Source: Candidatus Latescibacterota bacterium
Lineage (GTDB): Bacteria > Latescibacterota > UBA2968
DNA length: 64,000 nt
Direction of reading: 5' to 3'
Assembly (NCBI GenBank): GCA_965116885.1
Contig: OZ220741.1
Location: 3,904,001-3,968,000 of the forward strand
The position numbers were made by a program, and so were the translations under genes. This document shows positions 1 through 9,145 of the stretch, in pieces. How positions within the stretch are numbered: position 1 is the first letter of the stretch; every line of letters begins with the position of its first letter. The notes below the pieces were generated by a model. That model saw only the letters and a program-made list of their open reading frames with translations, was not told where the DNA came from and did no database searches.

Positions 1-682
1 TCGAGCCGTGAAGATGCGGATTGGCGTGAACCGGGAACACGACCTGGAACGGGTAGCCGCATGCCGGGAGGTGCTGGGGTCTGAGGTGAAGCTAATGGCG
101 GACGCGGTGATGGGACACAATCCGGATCCATGGACAGCGGCGGATGCGGTGCGGGTAGCGAAGGCTTTAGAGCCGTACGATTTATTCTGGCTGGAGGAGC
201 CTTGTTTTGCGGCGGACTACGAGGGCTATGCCCACGTCCGCCGAAATACCTGTATTCCCATTTCGGGCGGTGAGAGTTCGTGCATGCGGTATGAGTTCAA
301 ACATTTTTTTGAGCGGCAGGCACTGGACGTGGCCCAGCCGGATGCATGCCAGGCAGGGGGCATCTTAGAGTGTATAAAGATAGCTGCAATGGCCGATGCG
401 TGTGGTGTAAAAGTGGCACCCCATGCCTGGGGGACTTCGATTACGGTCGCTGCCAACCTGGCCTGGGCATTTGTCACGCCCAATACCGTGCTTGCCGAGT
501 ATCCAACCTGGCATTTCCCGCTCACAGACGCGCTATTTGTGGAAAAACCGCGGATTGAAGATGGGATGGTTTATCCTCCAACAACGCCTGGACTGGGAGT
601 GGAACTTCCAAAAGAACTGGAAGAAGAGTACCGGTACCGACCAGAATCATCCAGACTGGATATGCGGAGAGAAAGAGAATGA
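1..682 (+). CDS. Mandelate racemase/muconate lactonizing enzyme family protein (5'-partial)
   Basis: KMRIG, LMADA, WLEEP, GGE, QPD and PH motifs of the enolase superfamily; frame open to the window edge. Confidence 0.9.
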   Translation, partial: RAVKMRIGVNREHDLERVAACREVLGSEVKLMADAVMGHNPDPWTAADAVRVAKALEPYDLFWLEEPCFAADYEGYAHVRRNTCIPISGGESSCMRYEFKHFFERQALDVAQPDACQAGGILECIKIAAMADACGVKVAPHAWGTSITVAANLAWAFVTPNTVLAEYPTWHFPLTDALFVEKPRIEDGMVYPPTTPGLGVELPKELEEEYRYRPESSRLDMRRERE

Positions 683-1233
683 AATTCGGTACGGATGAAG
701 GACGTGTGATCGAGCAATGGAGCGTTGATGGCGGGGAATACGTGATGCGCACAGCACGCTGGAGCGATCTGGCATCCTACGGAGCGATGCACCGCGAGTT
801 GTATCAGGAGCGGGTGATGGCGAGTCCGAAAAACGCCGATACCCGGGTCGCAGGAGAAGAACTCGGCAGGAGACTTACGGACATGGCCTGTGGTGTGGGT
901 GTGCTACTGGTCGTGGATACAGATGGGCGGATCGTGGGAGAGGGAACGCTTCAGCGCTCTAACGGGGACGGTTCGATTACCCTGGGGCTGCTGATTCTCA
1001 AAGATTTTCGAGATAAGGGGATCGGCAGGCGGCTGATGGGTGCGTTAGAGAGCGAGGCGCGCCGACTCGGCAAACGGCGGATTGATCTGACGGTCTGGAG
1101 TGCCAACGAACGCGGTTACCACCTCTATACCAGCATGGGCTATCGGGAAATCGGGCGGTTTCCGGATTGGATCCGCTCGGATATTGCGCCGGATGGGACA
1201 TCCGACCTGGTGTGGATGTTGAAGGATCTGTAG
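679..1233 (+). CDS. GNAT family N-acetyltransferase
   Basis: FRDKGIGRRL acetyl-CoA motif, N-x-x-G-x-x-LY..MGY motif; ATGA overlap with upstream gene. Confidence 0.9.
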   Translation: MKFGTDEGRVIEQWSVDGGEYVMRTARWSDLASYGAMHRELYQERVMASPKNADTRVAGEELGRRLTDMACGVGVLLVVDTDGRIVGEGTLQRSNGDGSITLGLLILKDFRDKGIGRRLMGALESEARRLGKRRIDLTVWSANERGYHLYTSMGYREIGRFPDWIRSDIAPDGTSDLVWMLKDL

Positions 1234-1277
1234 ATTTGCAGGATTAGAAAATCGTAGATAAACAAAAAGGGGAGGCA

Positions 1278-2147
1278 ATGTCTAAGAAAGGCTATCGGGT
1301 AGATTGTCACACACACCTCTGGCGCTATCCGGGTGAGTTGACCGATGAATTGGCACGCGAGACTTTTATTATGCGCAATCAAGAGGTGGATCTGGATATT
1401 ACACCCGATATGCACACGGCAGCCGTGGCAGAGGTGGATTGCGCTATCGTGTTCGGGTTGCGGGCACCGCTGACTGGTTTTTTTACTGTTAATGATACGG
1501 TTGCTGATTACGTGAGAGATCATCCGGAAAAGCTGATCGGTTTTGCTGCGATCTGCCCGACTGAGGACAACGCGCTTGAGGAGGTTGAGCGCGCGGTCAA
1601 AGAGCTGGGATTGCGGGGCCTGAAGATGAGTCCGATCTACGGTGGGTGGGACCCATTGGATGCGAATGCGCTGGCTATTTTTGCCAGGGCGGAGGAGTAC
1701 GGATTGCCCATTATGTTCCACCAGGGAGCGACTTTTCCGCGCAGGGCACCGCTGAAGTACGCGAATCCCGTTCTGCTGGAGGATATCGCGCTCCGGTTTC
1801 CAGATCTGAAGATGATAATCGCCCATCTGGGACATCCCTGGGAGGCGGAGACCATTGTCCTGATCCGGAAGCAGCCAAACGTGTTTTCGGATATTTCGGG
1901 GCTGTTCTACCGGCCCTGGCAGTTTTATAACTCGCTGCGGCTGGCGGTTGAGTACGGGGTTGTGGATAAACTGCTCTTTGGAACAGATTATCCTGTGGCT
2001 ACTTTTGAGGAAACAGTGGAAGGGTTGCACCATGTGGTCCGGCTTTCCCAGGAGATGCGGTTGCCTCCGCTTCCAGAAGACCTGCCGGATCAGATTCTGT
2101 ACCGCGATACTCTGGGATTGTTGGGGCTTTCTGATACTGTGACCTGA
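1278..2147 (+). CDS. Amidohydrolase_2 family metal-dependent hydrolase
   Basis: DCHTH, FHQG, IAHLGHPW, LFGTDYP; RBS GGAGG. Confidence 0.9.
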   Translation: MSKKGYRVDCHTHLWRYPGELTDELARETFIMRNQEVDLDITPDMHTAAVAEVDCAIVFGLRAPLTGFFTVNDTVADYVRDHPEKLIGFAAICPTEDNALEEVERAVKELGLRGLKMSPIYGGWDPLDANALAIFARAEEYGLPIMFHQGATFPRRAPLKYANPVLLEDIALRFPDLKMIIAHLGHPWEAETIVLIRKQPNVFSDISGLFYRPWQFYNSLRLAVEYGVVDKLLFGTDYPVATFEETVEGLHHVVRLSQEMRLPPLPEDLPDQILYRDTLGLLGLSDTVT

Positions 2148-2181
2148 CGCTCGCGTTTCAGCGTATTGAAAGGAGATGTTG

Positions 2182-3489
2182 ATGGGAAAGCTGGCATTGA
2201 CGGGGGGACCTGAGGCGGTAAGGCTCGACAGAAGGAAATTCGCGGTTCCCCCTGTGAGTGAGGAGGCGATTGCAGCGGTGGTGGGACTGATGCGTAAGGG
2301 CGAGACTTCCATTTCACCATCGGTTGCAGAGTTCGAACGCGAGTTCGCCGATTACGTCGGCTGTGAATACGGGCTGGCACTTACCAGCGGTACGGCGGCA
2401 CTTCAAACGGCCCTGTTTGCGGTGGGGGTGGAGCCAGGCGATGAGGTTATTGTTCCTTCCTTTACATTTCTTACCACAGCGACGACTGTGCCAGCTATGG
2501 GGGGCGTCACTATTTTTGCCGATGTAGATCGCGATACGATGACTCTGGATCCCGCCGACATAGAGCGGAAGATTACAGAGCGGACCCGTGCGATTGTCGT
2601 TTGCCACGTCTGGGGTAATCCTGCGGATATGGAATCGATTTTGAAACTGGCACGCCCGCGGAGGATCGCCGTGATTGAGGACTGTTCGCACGCCCACGGG
2701 GCGACCTGGCAGGGAAAGAAAGTCGGTTCTGTAGGCGATGTCGGATGTTTCAGTTGCCAGGGGTCCAAGCTAATTGCAGCGGGGGAGGGCGGTGTACTCA
2801 CGACAAACGACCGCGACCTGTACGAGCGGGCTATTGTGCTGGGTCGTCCGGAAAAGCGTGCCGAAATTCGAGAGGATTCATGGATAAAACGCTTTGCCTT
2901 CACGGGGTTGGGTTTCAAATACCGTCCCCACCCGCTGGGCATTGCAATCGCCCGCGAGCAACTTCATCACCTGGATGAGATGAACAAAATCCGAGACCGC
3001 AATGGTGCTGTCCTGGACACCGGGCTGGCAGATGTGGCAGATGTGGTGCCTCAGCGAGTGCTTCCGGGTTGCCGGCGCGTTTACAATAGCCACTGTATGC
3101 GGTATGATCCGGATAGGCTCGGAGGTGTTTCAATCGAGACCTTCCTGCGGGCGCTCTCAGCAGAAGGGGTGAGTATCGGCAGAATGAGATACGGACATTT
3201 GCACGGGAATCCGATTTTTACAGAGGGATTTCCCTATGGTACGAGGGGTGTGACGTTGAGCGCACGGGGACATGATGCATCGGATTTTTCAAATGGTCCG
3301 CTTCCGGTGACAGAACATCTCAGAAAGTATGCTTTTCGTGCGGCTCCCCGGCTCGAAACGGAGTGTCGGGAACTGATCAACCAGTATCTGGATGCCTACC
3401 ACAAGGTGGCATCGGCCGTCGATGAACTCCTAACTTACGAGAGGGAGCACAAATCAGAGGCTCAGGAGAGACACGGAGGTGTGTTATGA
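2182..3489 (+). CDS. DegT/DnrJ/EryC1/StrS PLP-dependent aminotransferase
   Basis: SGTAAL, EDCSHAHGA, SCQGSKLIAAGEGG (PLP Lys); AGGAG at 2171-2175 favours ATG 2182 over 2176. Confidence 0.9.
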   Translation: MGKLALTGGPEAVRLDRRKFAVPPVSEEAIAAVVGLMRKGETSISPSVAEFEREFADYVGCEYGLALTSGTAALQTALFAVGVEPGDEVIVPSFTFLTTATTVPAMGGVTIFADVDRDTMTLDPADIERKITERTRAIVVCHVWGNPADMESILKLARPRRIAVIEDCSHAHGATWQGKKVGSVGDVGCFSCQGSKLIAAGEGGVLTTNDRDLYERAIVLGRPEKRAEIREDSWIKRFAFTGLGFKYRPHPLGIAIAREQLHHLDEMNKIRDRNGAVLDTGLADVADVVPQRVLPGCRRVYNSHCMRYDPDRLGGVSIETFLRALSAEGVSIGRMRYGHLHGNPIFTEGFPYGTRGVTLSARGHDASDFSNGPLPVTEHLRKYAFRAAPRLETECRELINQYLDAYHKVASAVDELLTYEREHKSEAQERHGGVL

Positions 3490-4766
3490 TACCCAAAGAG
3501 ATAACAAATTCCGTTCCGGCGTTGACAGACGAGACATTTGAGGCGTTGTTCGAAGCCTGTCGTCCTCAAAAGGAACGGTGGACAGATATCCCCTGGATCG
3601 GAGGACTGTGGGAGGGGCGACAGAAGGCGGCGCGCGAGGAGAAGCCACTGTTCATCTGGGCGATGAACGGTCATCCTCTGGGGTGTACGTGAAATAACGG
3701 GGTTACGGGCCGTGCGCTCGTTTTTTCAGATCCGCGTGTGATCGAGTTTTTGAATGAATGGTTTATCCCGGTGGCTGTGAACAATACCCGGTTGCAGCGA
3801 CAAGTCGATGATGAAGGCCGGTTTTTGCGCCTGATCTCCTGGCAGGGAAGGTACGGGTATTCTTTTGAGGAAGCACAGGCCAGGTTGGAGGATATCGATC
3901 ACGGGCTGAACCATCAGGGTTTGTATGCTGTGACGACGGAGGGAGAGGTGTTGGGTAGCCGCAACAGGCTGTTTCCGGGAGGCAAGGACTCGGTCCATGG
4001 TGTGGGTAGCGATCCAGACCGGTTTTTGTGGATGTTGAGACGGGCGCTGGAGAACTGGGATAACCGCAAGACCCAGCGCGAGACATTGGAAATCGAAGAT
4101 CTGGCGTATCGAGATCCTACATTTAGCTGGACGGGGTATCCTGAAGATGGATTGGTTTTACACCTGAGCGTTCGGGATCTGCCCCGGGAGGTGGATACGC
4201 GACCTGCGGGAATGAAGCGAGAGGCGCACAATCAGGATTACGTCTGGTTCCGACGGGAAGAAGTGCTGTCTATGGTTCCACTGGATGCGGCTGTAGGCAA
4301 TGTCGTTCCCATGTCCGATGGGCTGGTCAGACGGCTGGTGCGTTATCATCTGGCGGATTATGTTCGAGGGGAAACGTCTTCCTGGCCGTCCGAGGCGATC
4401 CGGGATGCGGCTATAAAGTTGACGGTGATGGAGGATACGCCGGAATGGGTTGATTTAAGGCTTTCCGGATCCGCACAGCTGTTCTCGGAGGGGAGTTGGT
4501 ACGAGGGCGTGTGTCGGGAACGGGGGCTGGATGCATCGCTGTTGGGTTATCTCCGTTTTGATCGGCGGACGGAACAGTTCGTGAGATTCGATGTTGTGGC
4601 GGTGGGATCGCGGTGGGGCGGCACGGACTACAACGTACGACAGGACGATTTGGAGCCTGCACCTATCGGGGTTGCGATGACGATTGCCGGGCGGGAAGCG
4701 AGGGATCGTACTGCGCCGCATGCGTGCCAGAGGCGGGGTGGCCTGGGGTGGTATTTTAATGCGTGA
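3486..4766 (+). CDS. Probable selenoprotein, 426 aa, thioredoxin-like N-terminal domain (SelN-like), Sec at codon 69 (TGA 3690-3692)
   Basis: ORFs 3486-3692 and 3738-4766 share a frame; read-through gives GHPLGCT-U-NNGVTGRALVFSDPRVIEFLNEWFIPVAV, a continuous thioredoxin-fold pattern; no RBS before GTG 3738. Confidence 0.8.
3696..3722 (+). promoter_or_regulatory. Candidate bacterial SECIS hairpin
   Basis: AACGGG(3696-3701) pairs with CTCGTT(3717-3722); upper stem TACG/CGTG, bulged U3703, G-containing loop GGC; starts 3 nt after the UGA; folded by eye. Confidence 0.5.
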
Positions 4767-4808
4767 TTTGATAGTTGGGATGTGTTTTGTCGCATTTTGG
4801 GAGAACCG

Positions 4809-5735
4809 ATGATACGGTGTGAACGGAGAGCGGAACTCGAGATAGAAACACCGCATCTTTGTGCAACTGTGCGGACTGAGGGATACGTGAGCGGGATCAA
4901 AAGCAGGTCGTTTGTAGATAAACGGACGGGCGCGACCGATCTGGGTTCGGGTCTGCACATTATGGACTTCTTGCTCGTACCGGGGTGGGGAGATGCAGAA
5001 CCAAATCGGATCTACGACGGGAATCTACCCAAGCGCGTCGTGGAAGGTCCCCAGATCTGTACGCGGGCACGGCAGTTGGACTATGAGGTCATCCAGAGCG
5101 AAACGTTTCTGGCTGTGCGGCAGTGGTTTACGTTTACGGATGTGGTTGAAGGTTTTCAGGCCGGGTCGCGGTGGGAACAGACACTGCTATTTCTACCGGA
5201 CACGCGGTACGTACTTTCGTGCGAACGGATTTATTGTGTCAACAGCGCGGATTGTCTGTTCTACCGGATCGACATGCCCGGCCACTTGCACCACAAGGGC
5301 GGAGACTCCTTTACACGGATTTACTTGAGCTATCACGGGTATATTGAATCTTCAGAGTTCCTGGCGGATTTCCCTCCTGACGAGGGTTTTCTCTACCAGC
5401 GAAAAGAGGGCGATATTCCCGATCGGATTATCCGGGCATACGAACAACGACAAGAGGATGGCACATCCGTGTGGCTGGCTGGGATGACGCTGGATCCGGC
5501 GGATGTGTACGAGGCATGGTGTCATCAACGGGGTTATGTCTGCTTCATCCAGGAACTGCACGGTCGAAAGGTGGCGGCTGGGGACACGATTGGAGCCGCA
5601 TACGTGGTGGGGTATTTCGATTCGGTGGATGAGATGAATGCGGTTTACGACCAGTATCGGGGGGTGCGCTCAATTGCGATAGATGAGAAGGGATATACAC
5701 TGCTGGACGAAGTTGAGAAAGCCGATGAAACTTAG
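4809..5735 (+). CDS. Hypothetical protein (beta-rich)
   Basis: Long ORF, GGAGA RBS before ATG 4809; no recognised catalytic motif. Confidence 0.75.
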   Translation: MIRCERRAELEIETPHLCATVRTEGYVSGIKSRSFVDKRTGATDLGSGLHIMDFLLVPGWGDAEPNRIYDGNLPKRVVEGPQICTRARQLDYEVIQSETFLAVRQWFTFTDVVEGFQAGSRWEQTLLFLPDTRYVLSCERIYCVNSADCLFYRIDMPGHLHHKGGDSFTRIYLSYHGYIESSEFLADFPPDEGFLYQRKEGDIPDRIIRAYEQRQEDGTSVWLAGMTLDPADVYEAWCHQRGYVCFIQELHGRKVAAGDTIGAAYVVGYFDSVDEMNAVYDQYRGVRSIAIDEKGYTLLDEVEKADET

Positions 5736-5746
5736 AACCCATCGGC

Positions 5747-5842
5747 TCAGCCACTCTCAATAAACTCACCACCTATATCCGTAGCAATCTGCGTCCAGAT
5801 TTCGTCCTTGGAAGGTCCGAAAACAGATCTGAGCATACCCAT
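5747..5842 (-). pseudogene. 31-codon fragment MGMLRSVFGPSKDEIWTQIATDIGGEFIESG, possibly a truncated DUF3137-like N-terminus
   Basis: GGAG RBS plus ATG; FGPSKxEIW resembles N-termini of longer proteins (recalled, unverified). Confidence 0.4.
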
Positions 5843-6107
5843 TTTTTACTCCATGGTTTTGACGCTTGATAATCCTCATAAATCGCGTTCTACTTCAATT
5901 CTTCCTCTATCCAATCCATCCACTTCATAAGCCGCGAAAGGTATCTTGATACCCTCTCGTTTGAAGAGCGTGTCAGGTGGATATACAATTCTCGGGTCTC
6001 ATCGAGAAAGTCAGTCCACTGTGGATATGACGCCTTTAGCACCGGTATTGTGTCAATGCTTTTTTAGATTACAAATATATGCAAATCAAGTTTTCAATAG
6101 GGATGAG

Positions 6108-6136
6108 GGAACGCCCCACCAGAGATACAGGTCTAA
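6108..6136 (+). promoter_or_regulatory. ECF (sigmaE-like) promoter GGAAC-N18-GTCTAA
   Basis: 46 nt upstream of ATG 6183; same-spaced counterpart at 48665-48693 on the minus strand. Confidence 0.6.
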
Positions 6137-6182
6137 TGATTCAGAACCGAGGAGAGTAACCAATCCACCGAATAGATGAAAA

Positions 6183-7751
6183 ATGACCAGAGACTCACAT
6201 AAATCGCCTGTGTCTATTGATCGAAGGGATTTTATTCACCTGGCCGGTCTTGGCGCAATGGGCGCGCTTGTTCTGGGGCTGGATGTTCCTGTTGGCGCAC
6301 AAAAACAACCCAATTTTATCTTTATGGTTTCTGACGATCAGGGGTGGGATGGCCTTTCGGTGCAGATGCACGATGCGATTTTCGGTTCAAAGAGCGATTT
6401 TTACCAGACGCCCAATCTCGAGAAGCTCGCACAGCAGGGCATGCGTTTTTCGGCAGCTTATTCGCCTTCGCCTGTCTGTTCACCCACGCGATGTAGCCTT
6501 CAAACGGGTAAAAGTCCGGCACAGAACCACTGGACAAAGGCGTCCCCTATTCTGACCGCCAGAGATGGCCGTAAACTCATCCCACCAATGCATGGCAGAG
6601 ATCTCTCCAGTGGTGAGATAACCATTGCTGAGATGTTGAAACAGGCCGGTTATACCACAGCACATTATGGCAAATGGCATCTCGGTGGCGGTGGACCAGG
6701 ACGTCACGGGTATGACGTACACGATGGGAATACGGGTAACAGGGATGCGGCTCGTCATGTCGATCCCAATCCTGTAGATATATTCGGTATGTCCCGGCGT
6801 GCCAATGCGTTTATGGAGGAGAATACAGAAGCGGGCAAGCCGTTCTTTATCCAGTTGTCTTACTATGCTCTGCACTATCCCCGGAATGCGCTGGAGAGTA
6901 CGCGGCAGGCATACGAAAATCGACCGAGGGGGCGCGTCCATCGAAATGTCAATCGCGCGGCGATTACTGAAGACCTGGATACGGGGGTGGGTATGATCAT
7001 GGACCAAGTTGAGAAACTCGGTATTGGCGGTCACACGTATCTGATTTACATGTCGGATAATGGGGCTGTTGGAGGCGGTCTGGGTGTGTTGCGCGGGTCG
7101 AAGGGATCACTGTGGGAGGGAGGTATTCGCGTGCCGTTGATTATCCAGGGACCTGGTATAGAGCCAAATACGTTTTGTGATGAACGCGTGGTCGGTGTTG
7201 ATCTGTTTCCCACGCTTTGCGAACTGGGCGGTGTAAGTCAGCCGTTGCCATCGGGTATTGAGGGAGGGAGTATCGCGTCGTTATTATCTGGTGGGTCGGG
7301 TGCGGTTGTGAGACCTCGGGAGGAGCTTGTGTTTCATTTTCCGCATTATCAAAGTGAAGATGATGGACCGCATTCGGCAATTATATTGGGCGATTACAAG
7401 TTGCTCAAGTTTTACGAGACCGATGAGGTGCGGTTGTATGATTTAGCCAATGATATTGGTGAGCAGAATGATTTGTCCAAAGATATGGGAGAAGAGGCGA
7501 TGCGTCTGCGCGAACGTCTCGAACAGTATCTCGATTCCGTTGACGCTCAGATGCCAGTGCCCAATCCCAATTATGGGCCAAGCAAATCAAGTGATTTTAA
7601 TGGCGATGGACAAATCAATTTCCAAGATTTTCTGGAATTTGCCAGAGCTTATGGGTCGGAGGAGACTCGGTTTGATCTGGATAATAGCGGGCGTGTGGAT
7701 TTTGCCGATTTTTTGAGGTTTGTACAAGATTTTGGAAGCGCCGGGAATTAA
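6183..7751 (+). CDS. Tat-exported sulfatase with C-terminal dockerin-like double EF-hand tag
   Basis: DRRDFI twin-Arg signal; SDDQG, CSPTR, GKWHL, SDNG; C-terminal DFNGDGQINFQDF...DLDNSGRVDFADF. Confidence 0.92.
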   Translation: MTRDSHKSPVSIDRRDFIHLAGLGAMGALVLGLDVPVGAQKQPNFIFMVSDDQGWDGLSVQMHDAIFGSKSDFYQTPNLEKLAQQGMRFSAAYSPSPVCSPTRCSLQTGKSPAQNHWTKASPILTARDGRKLIPPMHGRDLSSGEITIAEMLKQAGYTTAHYGKWHLGGGGPGRHGYDVHDGNTGNRDAARHVDPNPVDIFGMSRRANAFMEENTEAGKPFFIQLSYYALHYPRNALESTRQAYENRPRGRVHRNVNRAAITEDLDTGVGMIMDQVEKLGIGGHTYLIYMSDNGAVGGGLGVLRGSKGSLWEGGIRVPLIIQGPGIEPNTFCDERVVGVDLFPTLCELGGVSQPLPSGIEGGSIASLLSGGSGAVVRPREELVFHFPHYQSEDDGPHSAIILGDYKLLKFYETDEVRLYDLANDIGEQNDLSKDMGEEAMRLRERLEQYLDSVDAQMPVPNPNYGPSKSSDFNGDGQINFQDFLEFARAYGSEETRFDLDNSGRVDFADFLRFVQDFGSAGN

Positions 7752-7783
7752 CAAATTCAATTGTTTATACAGGAGTTTATCCC

Positions 7784-9097
7784 ATGAAGATTGTCGGATT
7801 TGCGATTGTCGCATGTTTGTTAGGCGCTTTGGAAGCGAATGCGTGTAGTGCGGATTTGGATAAGGATGGCGAGGTAGGGTTTTCTGACTTTCTAGTTTTG
7901 GCTGCTCAATTCGGTCAAACGTGTCCACCTGAAATGCCGGATACTCTGAGCGCGATATCCGTAGAGGCTGGCTACGGTCGGATTGTGCTTCCGGGTACAC
8001 AGGTGGATCTCAATGCCACACTTACCAATGGTCCGGGTGCCCGTGTTGTGTGGCGGCAAGTGCAAGGGGCGTCGGCGGCGATCAGTTCGCCCAATGCGCT
8101 CCAGACGACGGTTAGCGTTCCTGTCAATGTCAGCGGTGCGGAGACCTTGCTATTTGAAGTGCGTGCCGAGATGGAATCGGGACAACAAGCATCGGATACG
8201 GTTTGGATCGAGGTGTACGTACCCGAACAGAATCCAGCCGACCTGACGCTTGTGGCAGATTTTTCGCCGAAAGTTGGTTGGGAGTGTAACCAGGACCCCG
8301 TAGAGGTTCCAGAGGTTCAGACCCGCGTTCTGGAAAATACCATCGAATATACGTCCAACGGCATTCCCGCCCATGCGACAGGGTTGTTTCCCAATCGGGG
8401 AAATCCGAACATGATTTGGTCAGTGCCGCAAACCTGGCGCATTCCCCGCTATCCCGAAAAGACGGACACGCCTACTGAAATGGCTGTATTTGGCATCACG
8501 CTCGAGGGCATCAAACTCGAACGCGATACTGCGGAGAGTTATCGCAACCAGCGGCAGTGGAATTACGAGGCGCTGACCCCGGGTATGGCGCGTCGATTGA
8601 GCGGCAATGCGCGGTTTGAATGGCTGGGTACAGATTGCAATAACGCACACGTTCAGCCGACGGGTATTTACCACTACCACGGCGTGCCGCATAGCTTGAT
8701 AAATGAACTCGCCGGTGGGATGGAGAGCGAGGAAATGGTATTGGTCGGATATGCTGCCGACGGTTTTCCGATCTATGTCGCCAGCGGGCCCAATGCTCCT
8801 GAGGGAAGTTGGGAATTGCGCTCGGGGACGCGAGAAAGTGGACCCGGGGGAGAATACGATGGCACGTTTCGGGAAGATTGGCAATTTGTCGAGGGATCGG
8901 GTGACCTCGACCAGTGCAATGGGCGATTTGGGATGACGCCCGAGTTCCCGGAAGGAATCTACCATTACTATCTTACCGAAGACTACCCGTACATGCCCCG
9001 CTGTGTATGGGGGACGCCAGATCCTTCGTTCAGGCAACGTCGGGCTGGTGGTCCTGGCGGCCCAGGTTTTAGAAGGCGTCCACCGAGCCGTTATTGA
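7784..9097 (+). CDS. Secreted YHYH protein with one dockerin-like repeat and a PKD/Ig-like domain
   Basis: Signal peptide; DLDKDGEVGFSDF; WRQVQG Ig-like segment; AHVQPTGIYHYHG, GYAADGFPIY, GDLDQCNG, YHYY. Confidence 0.88.
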   Translation: MKIVGFAIVACLLGALEANACSADLDKDGEVGFSDFLVLAAQFGQTCPPEMPDTLSAISVEAGYGRIVLPGTQVDLNATLTNGPGARVVWRQVQGASAAISSPNALQTTVSVPVNVSGAETLLFEVRAEMESGQQASDTVWIEVYVPEQNPADLTLVADFSPKVGWECNQDPVEVPEVQTRVLENTIEYTSNGIPAHATGLFPNRGNPNMIWSVPQTWRIPRYPEKTDTPTEMAVFGITLEGIKLERDTAESYRNQRQWNYEALTPGMARRLSGNARFEWLGTDCNNAHVQPTGIYHYHGVPHSLINELAGGMESEEMVLVGYAADGFPIYVASGPNAPEGSWELRSGTRESGPGGEYDGTFREDWQFVEGSGDLDQCNGRFGMTPEFPEGIYHYYLTEDYPYMPRCVWGTPDPSFRQRRAGGPGGPGFRRRPPSRY

Positions 9098-9145
9098 TCT
9101 GGTATTCATAGATTGAAAATATCCGTGCGGAGGACGACAGACATC

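Noticed and set aside
1140..2312. 390-aa minus-strand ORF
   Set aside because: Antisense shadow of the amidohydrolase gene; no motifs.
4764..4808. Second in-frame TGA linking the selenoprotein to ORF 4782-5735
   Set aside because: The downstream gene has its own RBS and ATG (4809), there is no redox motif at the junction, and sharing a frame has a 1-in-3 chance.
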